Source: a virus (taxonomy: Duplodnaviria; Caudoviricetes). Taken from it: 55,790 nt of DNA. A program made the translations under genes and the position numbers. The first letter of the stretch is position 1. Each line of letters begins with the position of its first letter. Shown piece after piece: positions 9,566-19,911 of the stretch. The DNA lies in IMG/VR virus record IMGVR_UViG_3300028595_000016, positions 1 to 55,790 of that record; one strand, written 5' to 3'. The notes below the pieces were generated by a model that worked only from the letters and a program-made list of their open reading frames with translations, was not told where the DNA came from and ran no database searches.

Positions 9566-11910
9566 GTCACTGCCCTTGCGAATGCTGCTACCAGCACAGA
9601 GTAGAACTCGTTTCCGCTTGGCTCGTTGACAGCAATGTCAATATAGCTCCCGTCATCAACCTCTACCAATCCACTCACCAACGAAGTTGCTCTTCCGGTC
9701 GGGTGATAGATGCCAGACTGGTACCCTGCGATAGCGTTCGTCCCGTCGACTCGGATTGCCAGCTGGAACTCTGTCGATGCCACGACCACGACGCTCACGT
9801 GATATACCACGGTCTGCCCAGTGTCGTTGACCAGTCGCCCGGTGGTGCTCCCGTTGGTCATCCCGACGAGCTGAGACGCCGTGAGGCTGGAACCAGGGTC
9901 TAGCGCCGTCCACCCGGAGCCAGATACCGTGTCGGACCCGTGGTAGCTGAGCATCCCGCAGGAAGGGGAGCCCACGTTGTCGATGCCGTCCTGGATGACA
10001 TCGGCGAGCCGCTGGACGCAATCGGCGAAGATTCCGGCCGTGAGTGGCGTGCCTCCGCTCGGAGCGATGAGCGTCACCGGTCCGCTGCCACCTTCCTCGG
10101 CTGGCTGGTACGGATTCGCTGAAGGCGTGATAGGAGACGATGCCGGAGTGCCAGTCAGCAAACCATCGGGGTCGTCATTCATGAAGACGAGTCGGTCGGA
10201 CGCTGTCTGCGACGTTGACTCGAACGATGGATCTGGAACTGTCACTTCATACGTTGACCCGTCGCTGTAGTGAGTCGCTGGGAACGCCACGGAGATTCCT
10301 GTGGATCCGAGTGCCGTGGCTGTTAGCGATGCCAGGACACCCGTATCTTCCCACGTCGAGCCGCTATCCTTGCTCCAGCGGTACTCGACATCATCCGCTG
10401 CGACCTCCCCGCCGGCGGTGATCTCCACCACGATGTCGAGGCCAGTCTCTGCTGGAGAACCGGAGAATGTCACCGGCACGTCATCGGCAGTCGGGACCGT
10501 GTACGATTGCTGAGTCCAGCCACCGTCGTATGTCGCGGTGTACGTAGTTCCTACGAGATACAGGTTGGCGTCGAACTGAAAGATCGGAGCCGACCGCGCA
10601 GTTGATCCAGCATCGGTCCTTACCCATGTGTCCCCAGCGTAGTAGCTACCGACACCAAACGCAATGGTCACTCCGGTCGAACCCAGCGTCCTCGCTACCG
10701 TGGACGCCAAAACCTCTGTGGCGTCCCATGCTGCGCCTCCGGTGCTGGACCATCTGAACCGAGCAGTGGACTCGTCTCCTGCCGATGTCACCTCGATGAG
10801 CACGTCGGCTGACGGTGTCCCGGTCATCGTGACCACGCCAGGCCCGGCAAGCGTCACGCTTGCATCGGACGTGTCCGAATGCCATGTTGATCCTCCGTCG
10901 TTCGTCCAACGAAAAGCCGACGTGGATTGCTCTCCGCTGGCGGTCACCTCCACGCTCACGGTGACAGGTCTGGCGTGGTACTGTGCTCCTCCCCACGCAT
11001 GATCTGAGGATGAGCCGCGAGCCACCGAGCCAGTGTACCCAGACAATGACCCAGAGGGCACCACCGCGATGAACGTCGCCCCGGACTCGTAGTAGTACCC
11101 TTCTGAGAACGCCACGTAGACGCCCGTTGACCCGAGCTGAGTGGAGGACGTGGACGAGACGACCCCAGTCTCCTCCCACGTCGATCCGCCGTCCTCGCTC
11201 CAGCGATAGACCGCTGCCCCAGGGAGCCCGCCGGTGGTGATCTCGACGACCATCTCGAGGTCGTAGTCGTAGGGGGTGCCTGTCCACGCTAGACCGGCTC
11301 GCGGCTCGTCGAGCACGGTCCACGACCTCGCCGTCTCGCCCCACGTCCAGCCGCTGTCCCACGTCCGGGCCGGATAGTCCCACAGCTGTCCGTCACGCCA
11401 GACCGAGCATCGATGCAGCACGTGAGCCGGCCGGAATGTGTCGTTGAGTTCCAGCCACTGATCCACGAACTCGTCGGTCACGTGGGACACGAGGCTCCAC
11501 GCCGACGGGGCGTCGGACACAAGCCAGTAGTAGTTGGCGGTCGAGTCTCCGAACGACGGGGCCACCTCCCACTGGTCCCAGCGTCGGACCGTGGCGCTGT
11601 CGCTGATGAGCTGGAGCTGGGCTTCTAGTCCTGCTGCGGTGCCAGCCGACCGCCACGTCTCCCACCGGCGCGCGATTCGCTGGCGCCACTGCACGAGCGT
11701 CTCGCCGAGCAGTCTCGGGAGCGCAGCGTCGGCACCGGCGTAGGGAAGAGCGTCGTCGTGGCAGTACTGCACCCACCGGGCGAGCAACGCCTCCGTCACG
11801 GCGTCTATGCTGGCGTCCAGGCAGATGCCGATCCAGCCAGCCACGTGCAGCCCGTACCCGCGCTGGAGTCGCGTGGGCATCAGCAGCTCGAGCCATGAGC
11901 GATGGTTCAT
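9562..11910 (-). CDS. Baseplate wedge (gpI-like) fused to repeated fibre modules
   Basis: Follows baseplate J; ALPRLLGETLVQWRQR...GTAAGL N-terminus; four RWSxDGGSTW modules. Confidence 0.7.
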   Translation of the reverse strand: MNHRSWLELLMPTRLQRGYGLHVAGWIGICLDASIDAVTEALLARWVQYCHDDALPYAGADAALPRLLGETLVQWRQRIARRWETWRSAGTAAGLEAQLQLISDSATVRRWDQWEVAPSFGDSTANYYWLVSDAPSAWSLVSHVTDEFVDQWLELNDTFRPAHVLHRCSVWRDGQLWDYPARTWDSGWTWGETARSWTVLDEPRAGLAWTGTPYDYDLEMVVEITTGGLPGAAVYRWSEDGGSTWEETGVVSSTSSTQLGSTGVYVAFSEGYYYESGATFIAVVPSGSLSGYTGSVARGSSSDHAWGGAQYHARPVTVSVEVTASGEQSTSAFRWTNDGGSTWHSDTSDASVTLAGPGVVTMTGTPSADVLIEVTSAGDESTARFRWSSTGGAAWDATEVLASTVARTLGSTGVTIAFGVGSYYAGDTWVRTDAGSTARSAPIFQFDANLYLVGTTYTATYDGGWTQQSYTVPTADDVPVTFSGSPAETGLDIVVEITAGGEVAADDVEYRWSKDSGSTWEDTGVLASLTATALGSTGISVAFPATHYSDGSTYEVTVPDPSFESTSQTASDRLVFMNDDPDGLLTGTPASSPITPSANPYQPAEEGGSGPVTLIAPSGGTPLTAGIFADCVQRLADVIQDGIDNVGSPSCGMLSYHGSDTVSGSGWTALDPGSSLTASQLVGMTNGSTTGRLVNDTGQTVVYHVSVVVVASTEFQLAIRVDGTNAIAGYQSGIYHPTGRATSLVSGLVEVDDGSYIDIAVNEPSGNEFYSVLVAAFARAVT

Positions 11911-13025
11911 GATACCACCGTGTAGGTGAGCCCGGAGGTGGAGCCGAGCACGGCTACCGAGTTGGGCGAGGCTGCCATGTCTTCTTCGCCTGCCGTGAGC
12001 ACAACGCGAACTACCCCGGTCACCGACCGAATGGTGTCAATGAGCATATCCTCGGATACCCCTGAGAACGCTCCGATCGTGTCTCCTCCAATCGCGAGCA
12101 CGTTGATGGCGTCCGACAGTGCGGAGTCCACGGCAGCCTGCGTCTCGCCAGAATCGACCCCTCGGACGTAGACGGTTCCCGCGGGCTCGACGGAGACGGT
12201 GCCGGCCGCTTGCACGGTGATGGCTGCGCCGAGCACCCCAAGATTGTCGAGCGTGCTTTGCACTGCGCTCACAACCGAGTTGGTTACCGTTCCAGTGGGG
12301 CCGGCGACGGTCACAGTGACGGAGCCCGCCGAAGGCGTCTCGACCAGCACCCGGCTTACGTCGTCGTTGGCGAGAGCGTAGTACCGGTAGCCTGCCGCCG
12401 GAAGCCCGTCGGGGATGGCCAGTGCCCCCCACTTGTCTCGGCATCGCTGCCGCAGCGTGGCGTCCGACTCTTCGTCGGTGGCGAGCGTGTCTTGCGTCAC
12501 CACGGCCACCGTGGCGCCTGGGATCGATGTCACGAGCTGGCTAATCTCTGCGGCGTTGAAGTCGGTGCCAGCTGACTCGGCCACGACTTCAACGTCGACC
12601 GTGCCCCCGTTGCCCGGGAGCGTGACGGTGCCCGTGTTGGTCGAGTTGAATCGGAGTCCTCCGTCGGTCGCCACCCACAGCGAATAGGCCAGGATGTTTG
12701 TTGGAGCAGCACCCGTGCCGCTCGTGAGCCTCACGGTGTAGTAGGCATGAGTGGCCGGAACCCGGTCCTCGTCGTAGGCTGACTTCGCATGCAGCGTCAG
12801 CCAATCGCCTTCTGCGAGGTCGAGATAGGCCCCCTTGGCGAGCGAGTAGGCTGCTCCGCTGTGTCGCGCGAGCCCTTCCGCGAGGGCTTGTGCAAGGGTC
12901 ATCCCAATGCCTCCCGCTCGCCACGACGTGACGCTCAGCCCCACGGTCTGCGCCACCGACAACACGAACGACAGCGCGCTCGAGGTCGTGAGCGGGGAGA
13001 GCAGAGATTGCAGTGACAGGGCCAT
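11907..13025 (-). CDS. Baseplate J/gp47-like protein
   Basis: AEGDWL, VAESAGTDFN and DEESDATLRQR motifs. Confidence 0.85.
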   Translation of the reverse strand: MALSLQSLLSPLTTSSALSFVLSVAQTVGLSVTSWRAGGIGMTLAQALAEGLARHSGAAYSLAKGAYLDLAEGDWLTLHAKSAYDEDRVPATHAYYTVRLTSGTGAAPTNILAYSLWVATDGGLRFNSTNTGTVTLPGNGGTVDVEVVAESAGTDFNAAEISQLVTSIPGATVAVVTQDTLATDEESDATLRQRCRDKWGALAIPDGLPAAGYRYYALANDDVSRVLVETPSAGSVTVTVAGPTGTVTNSVVSAVQSTLDNLGVLGAAITVQAAGTVSVEPAGTVYVRGVDSGETQAAVDSALSDAINVLAIGGDTIGAFSGVSEDMLIDTIRSVTGVVRVVLTAGEEDMAASPNSVAVLGSTSGLTYTVVS

Positions 13026-13420
13026 CAGGTACTCATCTCCAGAATGTCGACGGTCAGATCAGACACAGATAGCGTCAGCGCGAACGATTCGGCGGTGGAC
13101 GCGACGGCTCGGACCGTCACCTGCATGCCATCGGTGCCAGTCCACTCCGCTGTGACCGAACACTCGTCGATGCGGTCGTCGGCCAGCACCTCGGATTGCG
13201 CCTCGGCCTGGACCTCCCAAAGCACACCATCCACTCGGGGACGCCCGATGTGACGCCGCAGGTCGCGGCCGTAGTTGGGGGCGTACCAGATGCTGCCTCG
13301 CGGAGTCTCCAGCCGCGCGGCGATGTCCTGGCCGAGGAGCGTGAGCCCGGACGCCATGGCGATGGCCGCTGTGACCGGCGTGGCTCCGTCGTAGCCTAGG
13401 GGAGATGTGGGGTCGGGCAT
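13025..13420 (-). CDS. Baseplate wedge gp25/gp46-like protein
   Basis: RLETPRGSIWYAPNYG and DDRI motifs; upstream of J. Confidence 0.75.
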   Translation of the reverse strand: MPDPTSPLGYDGATPVTAAIAMASGLTLLGQDIAARLETPRGSIWYAPNYGRDLRRHIGRPRVDGVLWEVQAEAQSEVLADDRIDECSVTAEWTGTDGMQVTVRAVASTAESFALTLSVSDLTVDILEMST

Positions 13421-13524
13421 CAGATCCAAAGCTTCCCGGCGTAGAAGGGCCCGCTGATTCCCGACCGCGGAAAGAGAGGAACACGGTCAGCCGCTCAGCG
13501 GGCGAGGCGGGCGGGCGGGTTGTG

Positions 13525-14670
13525 CTACCCGGTGAGCAGCACCGTCGACATGGCAGCCCAACTCGAGGGGATGTCGGTGGCAAGCACTGCGGCATGGATC
13601 ACGTCGCTCGGTCCACCTCCCGGGAGTCCCGTGTCGGTGGCGTCGGCGATTGCCTGCCCCAGCGACCGCTGCGCTCCGGCGTAGGCCCACAGGTCAATTC
13701 CCGTGGTGCTCACCAGTGCGTTGACCTCTGCAGCGAAGCCGCTGATCTCGGCCGAGAGCGAAGCGATGACCCCGATCTGGGCCATGATTCCGCCGATGTC
13801 CGCCACGAGGCTCACGATACCGTCAGCCTGTAGCAGCGGAAGCTGGCCCTGGATCGTCGCAGCCGAAGCTACTGCGGCTTGCAGCGACGCGGCAATCTCT
13901 GCTACCGGTGGCAGGAGGGTGATGTCGAGGCAGGTTGCGAGTGCGGTCTGGTAGCCCGCCACGACCCCGTTTGCTCGGCCGAGAATGGCCTGCAGACGCG
14001 AGAGGTGCTGAAGCAGTACCGCGAGCGCAGCGGACGCCGTGATGCTCACCTGGCCGACCGTGAGCGCTCCCAGGTAGGTGGTTGATGAGCCAGCAGCCTG
14101 CTCCGTGGTGAGCTGCGGGCTCTCGCGATTCACGCTGACGCTCGCCGAGAGCGGGGTCCACGTGGAGATGTCGTCGGCTGCGATGACGAGCGCGTCGCAT
14201 GCGTCAAACGGGTCGCCACCGGGGAGACCGGACCGTGTTACAGCTCGGATGGCAGCCCCGAAGCTACTGGCCGGGCCGCTGTACGAGTAGACATGGATCC
14301 CAGGGGCTCGAAGCGCTGCCTCGAGCTCCGCGATGGCCGCCAGCACGGCATCGACAGCAAGCTGCAAGGTGGCCTGCCATCCGATGGCCGCGATGAGTTC
14401 GATTCCGATCTCTGCCTGCAGCGAGAAAGAGACCGCCGGAAGCGTGAGCAGTGCCTGCGCCGCACCCACCACGGCAGCCACGAGGGACGCTGCAAAGCTC
14501 ACGCTGGGCATCACCAGCCCCAGGGTCAGACCGCTTTGGAGCTTGAGCATGAGCTGCCCGAGAATCGAGGCCTCGATGCCGATGCCCGCCGCGAGCTGCG
14601 TGATTGCCGGCAGCGTGATGCCCGCGGAGATGTTCAGCGCGAGCAGATCGACCGAGCCAATGTACCTCAC
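13525..14670 (-). CDS. Hydrophobic helical protein with two ~190-aa internal repeats
   Basis: GIHVYSYSG/GIDLWAYAG and GLPGGDP/GLPGGGP pairs; Ala/Leu/Ile-rich. Confidence 0.65.
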   Translation of the reverse strand: MRYIGSVDLLALNISAGITLPAITQLAAGIGIEASILGQLMLKLQSGLTLGLVMPSVSFAASLVAAVVGAAQALLTLPAVSFSLQAEIGIELIAAIGWQATLQLAVDAVLAAIAELEAALRAPGIHVYSYSGPASSFGAAIRAVTRSGLPGGDPFDACDALVIAADDISTWTPLSASVSVNRESPQLTTEQAAGSSTTYLGALTVGQVSITASAALAVLLQHLSRLQAILGRANGVVAGYQTALATCLDITLLPPVAEIAASLQAAVASAATIQGQLPLLQADGIVSLVADIGGIMAQIGVIASLSAEISGFAAEVNALVSTTGIDLWAYAGAQRSLGQAIADATDTGLPGGGPSDVIHAAVLATDIPSSWAAMSTVLLTG

Positions 14671-14673
14671 GAT

Positions 14674-15903
14674 TCACGCTCTCACGCCGGTCGGCCCACC
14701 GACGACGATTCCAACGGCGGTGATGGGGGTCGCCGGAGTTGCGCCTGCTCCGGTGGCAGCGTCCGTTACTGGAAGCGCGCCCGGTGGGGGCCCGGCCACG
14801 AGCACTGGCAGCGTCACCTGAACCACGCTTCCCACGGTGGCGATGGGGTTTGCCGCCGAGTTTCCCAGCTCCACGTCCCCTTTGATCTTGGTCGTGGCGC
14901 CGCTCTCGATCTCGATGGTGTCGACGCCGTCCACGGAATCGTTCGCCGCCATGGCGAATGGGCAGCGCGGGTCGCCGCCCTCGAATCCGACACGGACACG
15001 TGCGCCGCGCTTGAATGTGACGCGAATGCCAGGCGTGCCGCGAAATGGGACTCCGACCATGGGCGGTACTCGGGAGTCGTCAGGGTACACCTGCAACGTT
15101 CCGTCTGACGACTGCGACTGCACCCTGGCAGCATGGATCTGGTGATAGATGGGGTCGGGCATCCGTTGCTCGACCACTCGCGTGATGAGCCCCGGTAGGC
15201 TGCCGGAGATGCTCGTGCCGTCCGGCGCAGTCCAAACACGACTCCTGGCCCTCTCGGCGCCCCACCGATGGGTGACAGCCACTACCCTTCGAGACCGGGT
15301 CTCGCCGCCGATGGTGTAGCTGAGCACGTGCCCTGGGCGCAGCCGCAGCGCGTCGTCGGCCACCTCAATCTGACTGTGGAACAGCTCCTCGAGCACATCT
15401 AGCTCGTCATCCGTGACCGACGTGGACCAGTCGTCCACACCGAGCCAGATGGTGCCGTCATCGATCGTCCGCCACGTCGCCCCGTGTGGAGCGCAGAGAT
15501 CGTCGAGAATCTGCCCGAGCGTCTGGGACGCCGCGGCGTAGCTCTCCACGGGCTGGTCTGCCACGTCGCTGTCGAGCATCGACGCGGGGGCCAGCGCCTC
15601 GCCGACGAGCGCAGCGAGAGACCCTGCGATGAGCCGCACGGGGGCACCGACGAATTGCTGAGCCGGCACAGCGGCGCCGAGCCCGCCGCCACCACCCACT
15701 ATCGAAGCGGTGACCCTGCCCGCGAATGCCGTGGACTCGGTGACCGTTCCGGTGTACGTCACGTCGCCGATGGTGATCGATGTGGAGCCAGACAGCTCTT
15801 CGTCGCCGTCGACCACGACCTCGGCCGTCCACGGTCCCCGCTGGTGATGGGTGACCGTCATCGATACGACGGGGCCGACTGATGTCGTCGCTGCTGCCGT
15901 CAT
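14674..15903 (-). CDS. Baseplate hub fused to spike (gpD/gpV-like)
   Basis: WRTIDDGTIWLG hub region; OB-fold-like GARVRVGFEGGDP; position after the tape measure. Confidence 0.65.
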   Translation of the reverse strand: MTAAATTSVGPVVSMTVTHHQRGPWTAEVVVDGDEELSGSTSITIGDVTYTGTVTESTAFAGRVTASIVGGGGGLGAAVPAQQFVGAPVRLIAGSLAALVGEALAPASMLDSDVADQPVESYAAASQTLGQILDDLCAPHGATWRTIDDGTIWLGVDDWSTSVTDDELDVLEELFHSQIEVADDALRLRPGHVLSYTIGGETRSRRVVAVTHRWGAERARSRVWTAPDGTSISGSLPGLITRVVEQRMPDPIYHQIHAARVQSQSSDGTLQVYPDDSRVPPMVGVPFRGTPGIRVTFKRGARVRVGFEGGDPRCPFAMAANDSVDGVDTIEIESGATTKIKGDVELGNSAANPIATVGSVVQVTLPVLVAGPPPGALPVTDAATGAGATPATPITAVGIVVGGPTGVRA

Positions 15904-16481
15904 ACCTCACCTAGCCCAGGGTTGGATCGGTTCTCGTGGGGAAATGCGCCATTCGCAATTGAATCGGCTCCGTCTGGGAGGTCCTCGGGCGCCACGTAGT
16001 CGTAGGGAGACAAGTCGGTGATGTCCCTGTCCCGCTTCTCGAGCGGCGCCGAAGCTGACCTCTTCGTGCGCTCTTTTCGCTCTTTGGGAGGCTCGGTCTC
16101 GAGCATGTCGACGCGCACCTCCCAGAAGCCGCCGGCCTCGTAGGTGGGAGCGAAGCGCTTCCCGAGCCGGACAAAAAACACCCCGAGGAACGCCGCGGCC
16201 GGGTGAACGATCGGGATGGTCCGAGCCACCCGTCCGCCCTCGGGCTGGTCGAGCGAATTGAGCGTGACCATGAGAGACTCGAGCTGCTCACGCTCCCAGC
16301 ATCTCACGACCAAAGTCAGCTGGGCCACGTCGAGACCGTTGTCGACTGGCACTTGCTTATCGCGACCCTTGACTTGCTTCTTGTCCCATCGACGGGCACG
16401 CTGACCCACGATAGTGGCCATGCCCGGCAGCGAGTGCCCGTCGAGGATGACTGTGTCCCATGAACGAAAAGGGACCGTCAC
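15900..16481 (-). CDS. Tail tube initiator/hub-like protein
   Basis: Position after the tape measure; LDGHSLPG, WDKKQVKG and IVHP motifs. Confidence 0.5.
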   Translation of the reverse strand: MTVPFRSWDTVILDGHSLPGMATIVGQRARRWDKKQVKGRDKQVPVDNGLDVAQLTLVVRCWEREQLESLMVTLNSLDQPEGGRVARTIPIVHPAAAFLGVFFVRLGKRFAPTYEAGGFWEVRVDMLETEPPKERKERTKRSASAPLEKRDRDITDLSPYDYVAPEDLPDGADSIANGAFPHENRSNPGLGEV

Positions 16482-18862
16482 AGCGCATGCCCCCGCAACA
16501 CGTTCGTCAGCCGCATCTCGAGCTCGTCGAGCGCACCGTCGGACACGTTGCCGTTGATGGTGATGTTGATCTCCGGCCGCTGTCTGACAGGAGCCTCTAG
16601 CGCGCGATCTCGTGCGTCGCGGTCTCTCTCACGTCCTCCACGAGATGACCAGTCAGGGACCCGCGGCGAGGGCACGGCAGTCGCCCGCCGTCGGTGCTGC
16701 TTCCGCCCGACATCCTCGACCGTTTTGGGCTCGTAGCGCCGGGTTCGTTGAGGCAGTCCCACGCTCCACTGGTGCTTGCCTGGGATCTCCGATGCCGCGA
16801 AGGTGGCGGACGTAGCCAGCCCCTTGGCTGCCTTCTCGACGGTGCGATGGGTGCCTCTGATGCCAATGGCTAGCCCTTCGCCGAGGTTCCAGCCGATGCC
16901 ACGGAAGACTCGCGACGGCGACTTAACCTGAGTGACCGACCTCACGACGTTGACCAGCGACCCGGCGACACCGCCCATGGCGGCAAGCGCCGCGGGAAGC
17001 GCTGCCATGATGCCGTCGATGAGCCCCTGGATCCAGTGGCCGCCAATCACTCGGAGCTGATCCGAGAAGCTGTCCAGCAGCGGCCCGAGTCCGAAGAATT
17101 GGTCAACGGTAGACCGCACCTGTCCGTAGGCAGCGATGAAGTTGCCGGACAGCGCTTGCACTGCAGCCGACACCATGTCCACGGCGAAGTCGACGAGATC
17201 CATGGCAACAGCCAGCCCTCGAAGCGGGTTGAGAAACGTCATGACGGTGTTTCCCAGCACGACGATTGCGCCGTCGAACAATGCCGACTGCTCCCGCAGT
17301 GACAGCATGGCCCCGTTGGCCCATCCGAGCGCATCGGCGATGTCCAGCAGTCTGTCACCCAGCGGACCGAACGTGTCCGCCGTCGTCGAGGCTTCCAGCG
17401 CAGCCAAATGCCCGAGCACCATGCCGATCTGTGCTGAAAGCGGCATCATCTTGGTTGCCAGCTCGAGAGCCTTGCCTGCAAGGTTGCCGAGGTTTTGGCC
17501 AATCTCCTTGGCTGACTTGATGAACGCAGGGCTGGATAGTGTCTTCCCCAGCTCTTCGAGTGACTCTCCAGCTGGCCCGAGCGACGGCATGAAGCCCTCG
17601 ACTACCCCGCCCAAAAACGCCTTCAGCGCAGGCCATGCGGCTGCCGCCACTTCGCCGACGCGCGACATAAACCCACCAAGCTGGTCCAGCCCACGCTTGA
17701 ACGAGCTGGAGAGCAGGATCTTCCGCATGTCTTGGAGCACCGGCTTGATGCCGGTCATGATGCCCTTAGATGCAGCTTGCCCAAGGTCGTCGAAAATGAC
17801 AGTTGGGAGATTCTTAATGGCGCGCATGGCGCCGCCTAGCGTCTCGTTGACTGCCTCTCGACCAGCCTCGCCCGCAGCCTTGCCGCCGGTGCGACCCTTG
17901 ATTGCGTCGAGGATGCCCTGAATCGCAGTCCCGGAGTCCAGCTTGCCAGACTCCTGCATCTTCATGACCTCGGCGGTCGTCTTGCCGAGCTTCTTGGCGA
18001 TGGCGTCATACACGAGCGCCCGTCCGATACCCGCCTCGGCCAGCTGATTCAGCTCGTCGCCTTGCAACCGTCCGGCTGCCTTGATCTGCGAGATGGCGAC
18101 GATGGCGCGCTTGCTCGCTTCCTCGGTGGTCCCGACGATGGCCTGCATGTCCGACAGACGGCCGAAGATCTCGGTCGCCATGTCCTCGCCGAATCCAGCT
18201 CCCGCAAGCGACCGCATCGAGCTTGCGAGGTCGGTGACCGACATGCCAGCGCCGATGGCTCGGTCTCGAATGCGCTCGAATACGGCAGATCCATCGGTGT
18301 CCCAAAGCACGGAGAAGCCGCGCACGGCCTGCTCGCGAAACACTGCAGCCTCGACAGTGCCGCGACCGATCTCGGCAGTCAGTCGGGCAACGCCAGCGGC
18401 GGCAGACATCGCAGCTCGACCGATGCCATGCATCGCGCTCTGGGCTAGCCCAGCGGCGAGCGACCCACCAAAGACACTACCTGTGAACCCTCCCCCTGCG
18501 CCTCCGATGCCTGTTCCTGCCGCAGCCTTGGGATTCGCCAAGAATCGACCATCGGACCCACGCCGCGGGAGTCGCTTCAGCCTCTTCGCCAGATCGCCAA
18601 CGCTGTCCTCCGCTCTGTCAGCTCCCTCGCGAATCCTTCGGAAGGGGTCTGACGCATCCTTGATCTTGTCAGCGGCTTCGTCGACCTTTTCTAGACTGTT
18701 CTTCGTCTGCAGAATCGGCGGGACAGCTTCGCGGGCGGACCGCGCCATGGCGCTAGACGCACGAACAGCGGCCGATCTGGCCCCCTGCATGGCCTCGCGA
18801 ACGCCCTTCATCGGACGGCTCACGTGGTCCAGCAGCTTCACGACCATCTCGACCGCTGACAT
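16478..18862 (-). CDS. Tape measure protein
   Basis: 794 aa helical; SQIKAAGRLQGDELNQLAEAGI tape-measure motif; SPSRVF near the C-terminus. Confidence 0.9.
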   Translation of the reverse strand: MSAVEMVVKLLDHVSRPMKGVREAMQGARSAAVRASSAMARSAREAVPPILQTKNSLEKVDEAADKIKDASDPFRRIREGADRAEDSVGDLAKRLKRLPRRGSDGRFLANPKAAAGTGIGGAGGGFTGSVFGGSLAAGLAQSAMHGIGRAAMSAAAGVARLTAEIGRGTVEAAVFREQAVRGFSVLWDTDGSAVFERIRDRAIGAGMSVTDLASSMRSLAGAGFGEDMATEIFGRLSDMQAIVGTTEEASKRAIVAISQIKAAGRLQGDELNQLAEAGIGRALVYDAIAKKLGKTTAEVMKMQESGKLDSGTAIQGILDAIKGRTGGKAAGEAGREAVNETLGGAMRAIKNLPTVIFDDLGQAASKGIMTGIKPVLQDMRKILLSSSFKRGLDQLGGFMSRVGEVAAAAWPALKAFLGGVVEGFMPSLGPAGESLEELGKTLSSPAFIKSAKEIGQNLGNLAGKALELATKMMPLSAQIGMVLGHLAALEASTTADTFGPLGDRLLDIADALGWANGAMLSLREQSALFDGAIVVLGNTVMTFLNPLRGLAVAMDLVDFAVDMVSAAVQALSGNFIAAYGQVRSTVDQFFGLGPLLDSFSDQLRVIGGHWIQGLIDGIMAALPAALAAMGGVAGSLVNVVRSVTQVKSPSRVFRGIGWNLGEGLAIGIRGTHRTVEKAAKGLATSATFAASEIPGKHQWSVGLPQRTRRYEPKTVEDVGRKQHRRRATAVPSPRVPDWSSRGGRERDRDARDRALEAPVRQRPEINITINGNVSDGALDELEMRLTNVLRGHAL

Positions 18863-18867
18863 GTTAT

Positions 18868-19035
18868 CTACTTCTCCGAGGACAGGCCCTTGACGAGTGC
18901 CACGACGTGGGACTGATAGTCGGCCGTCATCATGGCTCCAACGAAAGCGTCATCGGTCTGCTCGCCACGCTGGAAGGCGAGCAGACATCGGGCCCCGGTG
19001 GTGAGGCTGGCCCGTGCCTCCTTCAGTCGTTTCCC
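18868..19035 (-). CDS. Tail assembly chaperone C-terminal extension reached by -1 frameshift (gpGT-like)
   Basis: G GGA AAC slippery heptamer at 19035-19029; the -1 frame is open to 18868. Confidence 0.7.
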   Translation of the reverse strand, partial: GKRLKEARASLTTGARCLLAFQRGEQTDDAFVGAMMTADYQSHVVALVKGLSSEK

Positions 19036-19418
19036 AGCTCCTCCACCTTCCCGCCTGCGAGCTCCAGCGAGCGCGTGACGACGGTCGTGGTGAGCGCAGG
19101 GTAGCGCTTGAGCAGCGCCTTCCGCGCGTCGCGCTCGGCCGGACGCACGATGGCCGACAGCGCAAGCTCGCGCATGGCAGTCGATCGGCTCTCGGTGTCC
19201 GACGACATCTTGTCGAGCCATCGGTCATGATTGCCCTGCTCGGCTCCACGAATGGCGATGAGCTGGCCATCGGGGGCCATGAGCACGACGACGTTCCCGG
19301 CGCCGTGCTCTGACTCTAGCTCGAATCTCAGCTCCCTGGCCTGGCGCTGCATCTCCCGCTTGCGCTGCACCTCGGGGCTCTCGTCGAGGACATCGTCCTC
19401 GTAGACTCGTTCGGTCAT
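19023..19418 (-). CDS. Tail assembly chaperone
   Basis: Lies between tube and tape measure; ends ...LGN D at the slippery site. Confidence 0.7.
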   Translation of the reverse strand: MTERVYEDDVLDESPEVQRKREMQRQARELRFELESEHGAGNVVVLMAPDGQLIAIRGAEQGNHDRWLDKMSSDTESRSTAMRELALSAIVRPAERDARKALLKRYPALTTTVVTRSLELAGGKVEELGND

Positions 19419-19451
19419 GTGTCTTCTCCCTTTCTGCTGGCGCCGTCAGCG

Positions 19452-19907
19452 TCAGCCGTAGATGTCCGAGTAGGCGATTGGCTCGTAGCCGTTCCACCGG
19501 ATATATCGGACGTAGAGCGGAGTGGCCTCGTTCAGTGCGTCGGCTCCGCTCGAGTGGCTGTTTTCGTTGCCCTTGATGCGGCAATTCAAAAGCCGGTCGC
19601 TGACCGTGTCCTCGCCAGGCACCGAGTATGTGACGGTGATGTCGAAGGACTTGGTCATGAATCCGTTGCCCAGCAACCCGATGAGCTGAGCCTTGGCCTC
19701 CTTGGCGAAGGTGATGCTCGCCTCCGCCTCGTACTCGCCAATGGTCTCGCCCTCGGCAACTGGTGACGTGCCTCGAGCGACGCCGGGCTCCAGCGTGTCG
19801 CTGTAGCTGATCTCGCTGATGCTCGTGATGATGGTACCGTCCACCTCCAGCTCGATGCGAGCGAAGCTGAACCGCTTGTCCGACACTCTGATGGTCTTCG
19901 CAGGCAT
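19452..19907 (-). CDS. Tail tube protein
   Basis: 151 aa after the sheath; ISEISY, GEYEAEASIT and FDITVTY motifs. Confidence 0.8.
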   Translation of the reverse strand: MPAKTIRVSDKRFSFARIELEVDGTIITSISEISYSDTLEPGVARGTSPVAEGETIGEYEAEASITFAKEAKAQLIGLLGNGFMTKSFDITVTYSVPGEDTVSDRLLNCRIKGNENSHSSGADALNEATPLYVRYIRWNGYEPIAYSDIYG

Positions 19908-19911
19908 GGCG

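Noticed and set aside
1778-11910. Diversity-generating retroelement or invertible fibre cassette
   Set aside because: No reverse transcriptase, invertase or nucleotide-level TR/VR pair was seen
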